This document shows, piece by piece, positions 23,632-36,482 of a DNA stretch of 64,000 nt. Every line of letters starts with the position of its first letter. Positions within the stretch are counted from its first letter, which is position 1. Position numbers and translations under genes: made by a program. Origin of the DNA: Trichosphaerium sp. ATCC 40318 (lineage: Eukaryota; Protista; Tubulinea); contig JALMLS010000027.1 in assembly GCA_038496445.1 (NCBI GenBank), positions 186,001 to 250,000 on the forward strand, read 5' to 3'. Below the pieces are notes generated by a model. The model saw only the letters and a list, made by a program, of their open reading frames with translations, searched no databases and was not told the DNA's origin.

Positions 23632-25323
23632 TTAATTGTTTACTGCAATGGGATTATAGTCAGTGCTCTTTTCTTGTGCGCCACCTTGCTCAGTTAGTTC
23701 TGTTGATCTAATATTCCTTATAGTGTCTAATTTTTGCTTCAATGTACGCTTTTTGTAAAGATACACTAGAATAGCCACTGTCACCTACATTGACTTGTTA
23801 GCTTAAAATCCGTAGAATTTCAGTAAGATTCAGACGTACTGGTAAAATCAATATTACCAAAACGATCAAAACGATGCTCCATACTGGTAAGCCAGTGGAT
23901 TCATTAGCTTGATAACATCCATTTTGTTGAGGTTCAATCAACACAACTGTTCTGGTGAATGTTTTACGCAGTTTAACTGAATTGCATGTTGGCGACTGTC
24001 CTTGTACATCATCAAGTGTTCCTTCTCGGCATTCATATAAAATCGATGTTGTATTAAATTCAATATCATCTGATACAATTTTAAGGTTTCCTGACAGTTT
24101 GACACATCCTTGAACAGTCACTGAGACTCCATGTTGAAGAGTTATGTTTCGACCAAATGTCACATTATTCCCGATAACCAAATCAACATCAATGATTACT
24201 CCATCAATAATACGCTCATTTGTTACCCACTGACCATTGATACATTGTAAATCTCTAAGTGTGAGCATTGTAGGTTCACATGGCTCTAAAAAAAAGTGTT
24301 ATTATTGTATTGCTCTTGTTGCTACGTATGTACCTTGAGGTGATTGTGTAGGTGCTATCGTAGGTATAGTTGTAGGACTGTTTGTAGGTGATTGTGTCGC
24401 ACTTGAAGGTATAGTTGTGGGACTGTCTGTGGGTGTTTGCGTTGGGGAGAGTGTGGTCGGCGATAAAGTTGGTGGTCTTGTGGGTGGTGCTACCCATTCT
24501 ATAGTGAGCTTCGGACGATTGTTCGGTTCTGTTTGTTGTCTGCTGCCAATTTTAGCTATTTCATTACTATTAGCAACATTCGAAAAAAAAATAGTCACTC
24601 ACTTCCTCCGTCAGCATTATCCCCTATTATTATCCACCCTTGATTTGATATTGTCCCTTGTGACCACTTTCTTATGGAGGCTTAGGTATGTTAGCTCATG
24701 AAAGGTAAACACTGAAAGGGCCATACAAGTAACAGTTACTTCAAAGTGTTGTAGCAAAAGTGCAGCCTCTATAGTTGGAATTATCGCTACACGTGGCCCA
24801 CTGGGGTTAATCAAGGATTGACCTAGCGACTGTGTTTAATGTTCACATTGTCTATTTTGTATACGGTACCGGCATTACTACCAGTTACTGAACTAGGGTT
24901 CCAAGAGGCAGTAGCTTCATACAACAAGCCATTTGATCCTCCATTCCTAACAAATAATCTCAAAGTGGCTCGCGTTATTTCAACACCATCTGGTATGGGA
25001 CCACCTGGTGTTACGAGTCAGTTAGCATAGAATGAAAAAACAAGAAAAAAACAAATAACTCACCCTGACTACCAAATATTGAGAATCTTAACAGTGAATA
25101 ATCCATGTCGTCACCGTATCTTAATAAAGGGTCTGCAACAAAATTATTGTCATTGTTACTTCTTATCCATGTGTCTTCGCGGCTCGAATACGAATCTGTA
25201 ATCACCCCTTTGGTAAGTTAGTAAGATGACCTTGATTTTTATTTCTGGTTTTAAAAGCACACCATAACAGGAGGAAGCGAGTATAAATATTACAATGGCT
25301 AAAACGAAGGTGCTTTTGGGCAT
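23632..25323 (-). CDS. Type I membrane protein with DNRLRE/CBM96-like domain (copy 2, tandem duplicate)
   Basis: Same exon structure as copy 1; SREDTWIRS...LLRYGD...SLLRFSI, IGSRQ...NRPKLTIEW. Confidence 0.72.
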
Positions 25324-25668
25324 CACGTGCTTTGTCGGTTGATTTTGAAAACTACAATTTTACTTCATGATTAAGTGACTTACCCAGATTGTCGCTTGAT
25401 GACGTGTTTACATAATGTGTACTCCCGCTACATTAATTGCCCGGTTTGAGATACATCGCTTTATGACGTGTCGAGCGGCAATGCACAGCCCTTACACGAT
25501 CGTATATTATTTAGAATACACAACTTGAGTTGTAGTCAGTCAGCTGAAAATTCGTTCAAAATCATGTGGTTTTTTTTTTGTACAGCAAATTTTTGTTGCG
25601 CTATTTTGAAGTTAGTGGTTGATTTAAAACGTGATAACGAGGCACTAATTAATTGTTTTATTTACAAT

Positions 25669-26769
25669 TTATATTTCGATGAGCTCCGTCAGGTTTTTTT
25701 CTTTTACTTTTCTTCCATCCTCTCCGGCAATGGGTATATCCTATGCCTCCATCTGTAAATTTGCATACGTATCTACAATGGTTACTTAATAAACAAAGCA
25801 GAAAAAGGAGATATAAAGCAATGTGTAAGTTAATTGTACGTCTCTATTGTTATCAATGCTCTCTTCTCTTATACGCCTGTTTCTTTCCTTCTCTTCATGT
25901 TGCTTCACGACAGACAGTAAACTTTGACGTTCTTGTTCTTGGAATTCTTGTAGAAGTAAATCCGCTTTAATCTGGTTCAGGAGTTAGTTGGACTTTAAAC
26001 GGGTTGTACTTACTCTTCTAGCTCTTTCTTTTTCTTCTTGAGATCTTACTTTTTTAGCAGTTGTGTTATGTATTGTAACTGGTCCAATAGGCTTCTTTAC
26101 AACAAATACAGCACATTTTGCGTGCTCAACACAGTACTGAGATGTTGACCCAATAAACATTCTTTACGAAATGGCACGGATTAGTATGTGCACGTGGCTA
26201 ACCTCTTGTATTACCTTGACACATTGTGACGATCACATCTACTGACAACCAATACATCTATGCTTTGTTCTTTGACGTACTAATGACAGAAAGTGGATTA
26301 GTACAGACCTACATTAGCCTTAGTATTTCGTACTTTGCAAATACCACTTCCCACGTGACTGCCTTTACCAAGAATGAGAATAGCCTTTATACCTATTTCC
26401 AGACCCCTTTCATAAAAATAGTGTAAGAATGCTTTGCATTCACGCTCCTATCAAGTGGTGTAAGAATGTGAATTTATAACTGATCATGTGCGCACTTGTT
26501 TATCTGTGTAGGCTGCTATTACGCCTAGAAAGTCAGCGTTGGTTATTGTGCTGTCATTTAAAGGGCTAGCAGCCATATAAATGTGGAGATTGTCTGATTT
26601 GGCATCTATCACGCTCATTACCTTGTAAACTATTAACCAATGATTGTGAAGGACGTTTTAGTGTTACTGTATTAAATGCCCATTTAGATCTTTCAGACTT
26701 TGTAATACAAACTAGGTAGTTTGTCATGGTGTTAACGAATCGTCTTTACACTTTCTTTGTCTTCTCCAT
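25669..26769 (-). CDS. Universal stress protein (USP) domain protein with charged C-terminal tail
   Basis: SERSKWAF, SIDVLVVS, RMFIGSTSQYCVEHAKCAVFVVK (USP GSxS...A.C.V.VV motif); termini approximate. Confidence 0.7.
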
Positions 26770-27034
26770 TTTGTGCCGCTAAGGCGATACAACTTAACTA
26801 CCTGTATAGGTATTCCTACCTTTACACGCTTGGTTGTTCAGACTGTGCTTCTTGATTAAGCAAACTTGTCCCCGAAACAAGCCTCGGACCCTGACTTACC
26901 GACAGTTAAGTCAAGAATACAGTTGCATTCCTTGAATGTTGAATGGTGACTGTGCAAGGTCAAAATATATGCAGCATATGAATAAGTTTAAATCAGCAAC
27001 AAGATTGCCCATTGAAGGTGGTATAGCTTCACAA

Positions 27035-27721
27035 TATGCTATTATGCGATTTCGCGACTACAACATCTCTTGTTTGTTTCAACAGCTATGATTCTATGTT
27101 GGCAAGGTTTGATACTTGTAACTGGTTGTAATACACCCGTCATAGTTTCCAAAATGTGCGCATATACATAGAAAACAACTTGTTGTTCATGTTTCTATAT
27201 CAAGACACTAGAAAGCAACTGTTGCTTTTCGAATTTTTTTAAATTGCAAAACTTAGCTGTTTGTAGGTACAGTAATACTCTTGTGTTTAACATGGGAACA
27301 ATACTATTCTTATACAAACCAAGCAAACCATTAAAAGTAGGCGATATTGTCGTATTTAAGATAGATAACCGGATAGTTATACACCACGTGATTGTAATAA
27401 AGGAACGGAACACTACAATTTCTGACCAAGAATCCGTTCAATGATGTGGACGACAGGTAGCAAAAGGTGTATTTTGTTAGTATGTTAATCTCTCTTAGAC
27501 AGTTATATGGTGACGGCAAAGAATGACAAAAGAAGACATAGACGCCATCGTAATAGGGTACAAAACCAGTAACAACTTTATGAAAACAACTTCTTACAAA
27601 CAGTAGGAGTGTATCATATCTACGATACATATATTTAATTACTGGTGATGTCTTGTTTGTACCTTGTCTATTATTGGCTTATCTAATACTGACTGAAGTT
27701 GTGATGATCACTACCCAATAA
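27035..27721 (+). pseudogene. Signal peptidase SEC11-like pseudogene
   Basis: WQGLILVTGCNTPVIV, GTILFL...LKVGDIVVFKIDNRIVIHHV, and FLTKNPFNDVDDR in a shifted frame, then LYGDGKE*; the SGSM and GDNN motifs are lost. Confidence 0.6.
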
Positions 27722-28366
27722 AACCTTCTCTAATTACAGTGGCACATTCTTTTCGCAAAGAACCAGAACAAGCTACTTACCAAAAAGAGGTGTTTGCGTA
27801 GCGTGCCCCGAAGTTAATAGTAGACGCTGTAGTGTTTTTACACTATAAGCATCATACGATATTCGAAGAAGAAAGGTTGCCTTTTCCTCTTCGTTGCAAG
27901 ACACAACGAAGAAAGATATTCCACACCATAGCTCTGTGACCCAAATGAGTCATCACAAACGAAGTATATAAGTCACAAAGCCCGCAATATTTGATTCAGT
28001 GCGAAGTATTAATTATCACTAGGTGTGGAAAGATGGGGCACATCTACTATGCATCTCACTAGAGAAATGATCTAAAATCGTTTTAAAGTTCGCTATATTT
28101 AAAAGCAATCTTATTGTGGTTCAAATATAGCGAAATTTCAAATGACAAGTATAAATTAAGAAAGGCAAGATAAGTAGTTTGCAGTGCTTAGTAGAAGCTT
28201 GTTAAGTTTAGATTTTGTATACCAAACCATACGTAGTAAATTTATCTTCAACAATCTTAATAACAAAAAAATGATGTTGCTGTTTTTAGATCGTACAAAA
28301 TCAATCGTAAGCAGAAAATATGAGTTTATTTTATTGTCTTTATGTTTTTAATACAGTTAATTTTAT

Positions 28367-31044
28367 CTAGAACTCTTCTGGGTCTATACAAAAAAGAAGT
28401 TAGTGACAACCAAAAAAAATAACAAGTGTTGTATTACTTACCAACGACGTAACCAACGAATGTGTTATTAGAGAAGATACTTCCGTGACATTTAGATCCA
28501 GGACAGTCTCTTGACAAACGCAATTGACGAGACGCCTATTAAAAATCAGTTTTGTTGATATAAACAACTTAATCATTGCTTTGTGCAACAAAGCACGTGT
28601 CTCATACCTTAGCTACAAGATCAACAACGTTTCCTTTAACTTCGATCTTCTTAGTTCCTTTAGATGTCTTGATATGGATCCAGAATCCTTTCAAAACAAT
28701 AAACAAATCTAACTAAAAAATTTATATATTTACCTTTTTTGTCAGCTCCTTGGTACACGCGCTGGTGAGTAATAACGCCCTTTCTTGTCATCTATTGTAC
28801 ACTTTAAGTTTTTATCCTCATACGTTTTAATTTTTTTAAAAATACATACCTTAGATATCGTGTAAGGCGTCTTATGTGGCTCTGTCATTGACAAGCGAAT
28901 CAAGAAAGTTTCTTTCTTTTGTCCTGTCAATAACTCTTCAGCTTCACCTCTCGTGATAGCACCGTGGAACCATCTAAATCAAGCATAGTCAGTATACATA
29001 CAACGCAAGCTATTTGATAAATCCACTAGCGTACTTGTTTTGAATTACCATTTGACACTTGGTAACAATAGTGCTTGTCTTGGAATTTGTCTTAAGAGGA
29101 CCAAACCAAGAAACAAAGTTACCAAAGTTTTCGAGTGTAACAATCTGTTCTGAGCTATCAGATATTTCCACTACAAAACCAATTAGCATCAAAAGTCATG
29201 CGTCAAAAAAAAAAGCACTATCAAGGAGCTTTTATCGCCTTTTAGAGCAAGAATACGTACTGAGTATAAGCTGCAAGCATTTATAAGATATGTCATCCTC
29301 TTTTTCTTGCTTTAAACCAACCTCACGGCACAGTATTTTATAGAATTTCGTCCAAGGAACTGATTTCTATCGAAATTTTAGTTCAAGGAAACAAAGTAAC
29401 CGTCTTTTTTTTCACTTGGGTTTAGAGGCGTACCATGCCCTTGAAGTGCTTACGCCACATCTCTTGTGCTGGTTTATCGCCAACAATACTACATTCAATA
29501 GACACAACATCAAGGAAATCAATAATTTCAGCAAAGCTCGGACGCTTAGTATCGCTTTCATCCCAGCTAGTCTCTAGCAATCCACGAAGGGATGGATGTA
29601 TTTTTTTAGTCAATGGAGGACGTTCCTAGCGCATTTAGAACAAAATCTATAAACAAAAAGCTTCGTTTTGCTTCAAACATACTTTCTTATCGCAAACAGC
29701 GGAAACAAAGCCATCATAATCATCGTGTTGTGCGAAAGGTTCCTCTTGCGTGAAGACTTCCCATAGTACAATAGCTACAAACGAAATAAATGAAGGTTTC
29801 AAAGAAAAATGTTCAAAAACTCCAATAATCTTCAGTAGGCGCACCATAAGCGTAGACATCAGCCTTTTCTGTCAGAACTTTACCTAGAAGTACTTCTGGA
29901 CTCATCCAAAGAGGCTTTAAGAGGCAAGTAAGTAAGAACAAGTACAATAATAAAAAAAATAAACAAAAACAAAATAGAGCCTTACAGTTCCTGGAGCGAT
30001 ACCCTTATCTTGAATATAACGCTCTTTGAGCACAGCACTCAAACCGAAATCGCACAACTTAACATTCCAGTTGTTGTCTACAAGAAGATTTGTAGGCTTT
30101 AAATCTCTAAAGACCACAGTCAACGCTGTATAATACGCTAAAAAAAAACCACGAAATTACCTGTGAATAATTAACGGCTTTGAGCAATGGAGCCAATTCA
30201 TGCCCTATATAACAGTTAAATTACTCGTTTATCATACGTATATGATAAGCGGTGTAAAGGTGTTTACCTGAGCGATATCTTTTGCCATTTTCAACTTTTG
30301 ACCAAGTGTCAATGACACTTTATCGTTGTGCAAAATTTCGTGCAAGTTTCCCTTTGGTAATAGCTCTGTGATGATTGCTAGACTACCCTATACATGTATT
30401 AACAATACGCTGTTATTATATAACATACAGAGCAAGAGTAAGCTCAGTATGTGTTCAGTGTGGAAGAAAAAGCTGTTTTTAAAAACCCTTTCTTCTGAAA
30501 GACTTCAAAAAGGGTAAAAAGTACTACGTACTGGTTCAGTGCAAGCACCCATATACAAAACAATGTTTGGATGGCGTAAATGGCTACATATGATTATAAA
30601 TAACGTATTTAAAACAATAAACGCACGTCATAATCTCTACTTCTCTTCTAAAGTCCTCAAGAAGCTCTTCGTCCATTTCTTGCTGGTGCAATTTCTTAAT
30701 TGCGACTTCTTTACCTCGACATGTTCCTATTCGACTATTAGCAACGTTTGCGATATATAGTTTTGTTGTACCTTTGTATACATTACCAAAACAACCTCCA
30801 CCAATTTTTTCGCTTGTAATAATCTCGTCGGGTAATATTTCAGGTGTTTCGAATGCACCGGCCTCTCCTGAACAATATTTAAGCTTAGGTCTGTTGAATG
30901 GAAATGAAAACCACAGTGCATCTATTACGTACCACCACTACCTAGTGTACTCTTTATTCCAAAACGCTACAAATACGTTAGTTCCTTTAAATACAATTAT
31001 GTCCTCAAAATACGTACACTGCCTTTGTACGATAGCTGTGCCAT
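28367..31044 (-). CDS. SH2-domain-containing tyrosine-kinase-like kinase (Dictyostelium SHK family)
   Basis: [36 protein letters not shown], helical linker, then SH2 [15 protein letters not shown]...FLIRLS. Confidence 0.9.
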
Positions 31045-31126
31045 GTCGGGTTTAACAACGGGTAATAATATATGCGTAAGTCAAGTTTTCGTTAAGAAAC
31101 GTTTTGCGATTCACACTCTTGTTTAA

Positions 31127-34100
31127 ATGGCTTTGAATGAGGTGCTTTGTTTATTCGATGAAGACAAGGGCGATGCCATTGCGCTTGAGCAATACGTTAT
31201 AAAAATTACTAAGTTGATAGTTCCAGTACGCACACAACGGCTCAATATACGTAAAAGCGTTAAAAAACAACTAGAAAGATTCAGTTGATGAAATAAAGGT
31301 TTTAGGCAAGTTTCTCGAATCTACAGTACGCCAACCGCTACTACGAAATATATTCATCGCGTATATACCATTTTTACTAGGTTGTACAAAAGTACCTTTC
31401 AAGAAACGCAATACCTAACAAAATCAACGTCATACTCGAAGTTACGCGTAGAAATTTGATTTTTGTAACAAATGACAGGTTTTGAACAATGTGACGAAAA
31501 ACGCCAAACCCACAAATTGTGTATGTGTTTGGAGAGCCATAGCGCGTTGTACACATGCTAAAAGGTATACTACCAGACAACTGGTTCTAGACATTGGCTG
31601 GACGATCTTTTCAAGGATAGGAGGTACCTACAACATCGCTTAGGATGTTTAAGATGCCTTTGAGTGCCAACAAATCCTAAACTGCTGCAGACGCATCCAA
31701 GGTCCGAGAGTACCTATTGGCTATAGCACACACTTCCAATGATTCACGTTGGTCTATACGGCAACGATTTCTTCAAGTTGTAAATGATTCATTCGTACTA
31801 CATCCAGTACGATAGTCAAACTCATAACTTTGATTTTTATTTACCTTATTCAAGAGTGTTGGAACTTGTCTTGAGCGTTTTGTTGTACCCAGACTTATTG
31901 ATGATATTGATGAAGTTAAACAAGCTGCTATTGATACAATTAATACAATGCTTGCTGCTTATAAATGGTCACATGATACGGTATCCAAAAAAGCCGAAAG
32001 AATGTTCACTTGCTTACGAACTTCAGATTTTTTCACAGTTTCTTAAACGGCTTTTTGACCCTGAGGATGATACTGATGGTAGAGAAGCACAAAGAGCTAT
32101 TATCGCGTGCATATGTGGTCCTATAGACATACTAGTTAAGGTGAGTATTGTTACGCTTTCTGTGGTTTAGTGATTCGCGCGTTAGGCCAATTGCAATAAA
32201 GATTATGATATTTTAGAGAAATTCTCAAACACAAAGAAACAGAAAACTGGTGTCAGTGTTGATGCCTTTATTGCTGCTATTGGAAAGTCTAGGTCTATGG
32301 ATGTTATTTCTGTTTATTTTTATAAATCTTGTGATGCATGTAACATGAGTAACATGGAAGTGTCTGAGGTAATTTAGGCTCTTAAAGTTTTTACTCACTT
32401 TTTGTAGTTCGAACAAGAAAAAATTGAGAATAATACTCGGCTGTTTTCCATGTGTTGTGATGTCTTAAGGGAGAGCTTGAAAAAAACAAAAGTGGATACA
32501 GCAATATTAAATGCACTCCTAGAAGCTCTTTCTGATGCTCTTATGGTACCGAGTTTCTTTGATACAATGGACGGTAAGCCCAAAAAAAACAATTGTACAG
32601 AAATCAAATCGGATCTAATCTTGTTTAAAAAGGTTACCGAAGTGTGGATGATAATAAAAAGTTATATAATATGGCAGATAGATATAAAGCTCTAGCTTTA
32701 CTTTATTTTGAAGCATCAAAAAATATTCTAGAAGCGCTCAAAGAAAAGGGAAACACAGTGGTATAAACAATTAGTTTATATTAATATACTTCTCCTGCAA
32801 GTTTTTGACTCTAATTATTAGCCTGACGAAGCTGTAACCGACGCACTGTTAGATATTTGCTTAATATACAATACCCCAAAGGAGTGGTTCAATACTAAGA
32901 TACAGAAGCAAAATCAAGGTAAGCGAACGCTAAGTGTAGCACTGAAAACCGCCTTACCTTTTGCTTTAGAATTACTTAGAGTTTTATGTTCTCACCTTGG
33001 TGTTGAGCCAAAAACTGCTCTTTTGAATCGATTGGATGCTCAGATTAGGAGAATTAAACCAACTGCTCGCTTGAGTATTGTAAAATCGCTTGTATATGCG
33101 TTTGTAATGTTAGATGATACGCAGATTGCAGAACCAGACAGATTTTCTCGGTTCATGACTACAAGCTTAATGTTGTTTGACAGTCACAAGCCAGAGCTTA
33201 AATTAGAGGGAGTGAGGGCTTTAACAGCTTTAATTAATTCACAGAACGATGCGACTAAACTTGTACCTTACAAGAAGGAGTTCATTGAGGTAAAACTAAA
33301 AATACATGTTCTTGTATTGATTAATCTTTTCGTAGGGTGTAGAGAAAGCTCTTGGTTTTCGAGAAACTCCATTGTTAGAGATACTTATTCCTTTATCTGT
33401 GAAGTTTGTATGTATTCTAGGTACTAATATATGACACTACGACATGTTTTGTTTATTGGTTTTTATTCTAGGTAAGTTAGATGACGAATGGGAGTCATCA
33501 GCTAAAGTTCTTGATACTTTTATTTACGAGTTTGCGTTTATAAAAGAACGTGATCATACTAAGGTGTGATATTCAGCCTTATGTTGAACCATCTGAACAA
33601 TTTACTTATTGATTGTATTAGCTGTATTTGAAGGAATTACCAAAATTACTTTCGCACATGGGTATTGGTGTAGCATTGTCTTTGAAGGTGCAAAGTTATT
33701 CTTATTTTTTTCTTATATAATATCATCGTACTTGCTTACTAAGATTTTATACAGAGACTTCTTAGATCTGTGTATATATACCTCGAAGATTATAATAGAG
33801 ATATATCCATGCTAGCTTATCAAGTACTTTCAACAATAATGACAGTAGCAAAAGCAAGGTAAGTGATAAACATTCCAACTTCCCTTTTTTGGTAATTGTT
33901 GTTTACAACGAATAGGATTCCGCATCACGCTGAGGATATTTTCAAAGCTATTATTGCTTCGTATATTGAAACTTTAGATGATGAGGACGAAGATGCAATA
34001 TCACCAATAAGAAAAGTTGCGGTGGAGAACTGTCGAAATCTTAAAGAAGTAATTGACCCAAAAGAGTTTACAAGAATGATAAACTTAATTAGAAAATATC

Positions 34101-34141
34101 CAGAGCTTGAGGATTTTGTACATAAAGTAACATCAAAATAA
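31127..34141 (+). CDS. TTI2: TELO2-interacting protein 2-like HEAT/ARM protein
   Basis: SLMLFDSHKPELKLEGVRAL, YLKELPKLLSHMGIGV and RIPHHAEDIFKAII correspond to conserved TTI2 segments; long N-terminal HEAT-like region. Confidence 0.6.
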
Positions 34142-34282
34142 TAACAACAACAAGTGTGTACTAAGTTTACGGAGGTTTTTTTTGGGTGTATTTACAATTA
34201 TACATTAATGGGAGGGTAGGTGTAAGCACTTTTTTGTATGTTTCAATTTTTTTTTGGAGATTTTTCCGGGGTTTTTTTGGTA

Positions 34283-36482
34283 TTACAAGAATGAGCGCAT
34301 GTGACTGAATTTAGATGTGTATGTGTAATGAAGGGGTTGACTAAAGTTTCTTCCATCATTTGTTACTAGTACTTCAACTCTAACATCAGGTTGATTTGAC
34401 ATACCTTGCACTAAGAAAAACCAATGTGAGAAAAAAAAAATCTAATACCGCGCAACAAAAAACTTGATTTGCCCAAAGGTTTTCTTTGTTTAAGGTTTAA
34501 GTACATACTTGTGCCAGGATAAGCAGGTGCTGTGAAAAACAACACAGTATCAGAATAACGTCGTAAGTTTGAAACAGATACATCGCCTCTATCACTGCGA
34601 AAAACTAATTGAAGAGAAGGACCTAAAGAAAAAAGACAACATGAGAAAAGCGTTCGAACCAAAAAAAATTTGCGGAGATTTTCAATACGACAAATCACGT
34701 GACGAACAAAATAAATACGTACCCTTAATAAATGGGTTTCCTACTACATGCATTTTCTCTCCGCCTTGAAAAGAACCAAAATTACGACTCAAAACCTCAA
34801 GCTGAATATTCCCTAAAAAATCACAAAATTAGAAGGCGCTAGGTTCTATTTTTAATGGATACGTACGCCGTCTGGTCAAAACTTTGCTATTTGAGTACGC
34901 ATAAAAAGGGCTAGAGAGACACGTTACATGCTCTAATTTAGTTCCATTACCCAACAATGTAAACCTAGACAAACAAAAAAGTCAGAAGATAAGAAAATCG
35001 AAAATGAAAGGTTTACCGAAGACAGAATTCGCGTTCGTTGTGTTTTGTCGAAGCTTCGGACATTGATAAGTTTGTAAAGTCTACACGACCATCTGGTTTA
35101 ATTTGTACTCTCTTACTTCCTGTGAGAATACCTTGACGTGGCTAAAAAGAGCGAACATGAGCAATGGTTCAAAACAACTTTTTTGGAAACAAAAACTCGT
35201 AATGTCTCGTAACATACCTTGCTTGTATCACCAGGGGCTTGACTCTGTGGAGAATATGCAAGCTCGGCAATCACTGATTTAGCACCAAGGCTCTTCCAAG
35301 GACCCAAAAGAGTTACTGAAGCGCTAAACGACCTAAATAATGAGAGTCAGTTATAAAATTATAGGCACAATTGTATTGATTGAATGACGCTGTCACTGTG
35401 GTCACATGTTAATGAGACGTTGCGGAAAAAGATCTCTAGATTAAATTTTTTGTACAAGGCTGTTAAGAAGCAGCAGCTATGTAAAAAAAAGCGCAAAAAG
35501 AGTTGTTCGTTGGTCGTAATAACGTTGCGAAAAAAAAAATTCTTTTGTTTACCTTTTCTCGCTTGGTGTTCGTGTGCGAACTTCAACTGGTGGTTGTGTA
35601 TGTACTACAATAACAACTTGCCCTGGAGCTAGAAAAAGAGAAAGGGAATAAGCAAAACAAAAAGCAATAACAAACAGCGAGGCAAAACTACCAAAAAGAT
35701 CACGTGTAATCTCACTTTCCGACTTATTTCAGAAGGAAAACGAAAAAAAAAATCCAAAACCTTGCGTAATCGATAAGTCGATTTCTTGCATACCTACTCT
35801 CCCTGTCATTGGTGCGTTTGCTAGCATATTATTACTGTTTACTAATGTCCTTGGAGGATGTGCAGTACGTGGTCTTGGTAGAGTAGCTGTTGGTTCTACT
35901 TTAATATCTCGTTTACCCTATGAAAGGTCCAAAGTTAGAAAAGTTCGCTTCATCCTGTCAATCACTCAAGTGAAAATTTTTGTTGAAATGTTTTTTTTTT
36001 GGTTTCTTGAGAGCTTTATTAGGCTTCAATAAGTATTTACGCTATTTTATGCGATGTAGACTCTTCGGGTAATAGTTTGAGCGCAAATAGACAAAATAGT
36101 GTTTTGACAAATTAAAAAATCGTACCAAGGCCGTTAATTCTCTATTACTTGATGGTTTTTGGTTGCCTCGTTGAACCACGAATGAAGGAAAGATTATTGG
36201 GGTATTTGAATCCATCATTGGCGAGTTTTGAGGCACCGCAAAGGACTGAGTGGGTGTTAAATAGGTGTCTTGACTTCTTCGACGTTCTCGCCCATTATAG
36301 CTGTAATCCATGTCCATTGACTCAAAATTCCCTCCAGAGTTGAAAGGAGACTCGCTTGACTCCATAAACGCTGGTGGCGCAAATTCTGTTGAAGTTAGGT
36401 CGAACATCGTTCCATAACCCACAGATTGGCTGTTGTATGACGGTTCTTCCTTCCAGTCATCATCCCAACCATAGAATGCCAT
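34283..36482 (-). CDS. CudA-like (STAT/Rel-fold) DNA-binding protein with C-terminal IPT/TIG domain
   Basis: VVHTQPPVEVRTRTPSEK, VDFTNLSMSEASTKHNEREFCL, SPFYAYSN, GGEKMHVVGNPF, VLFFTAP, VLVTNDGRNFSQPLHYTY; acidic/aromatic N-terminus. CudA assignment is from memory. Confidence 0.6.
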
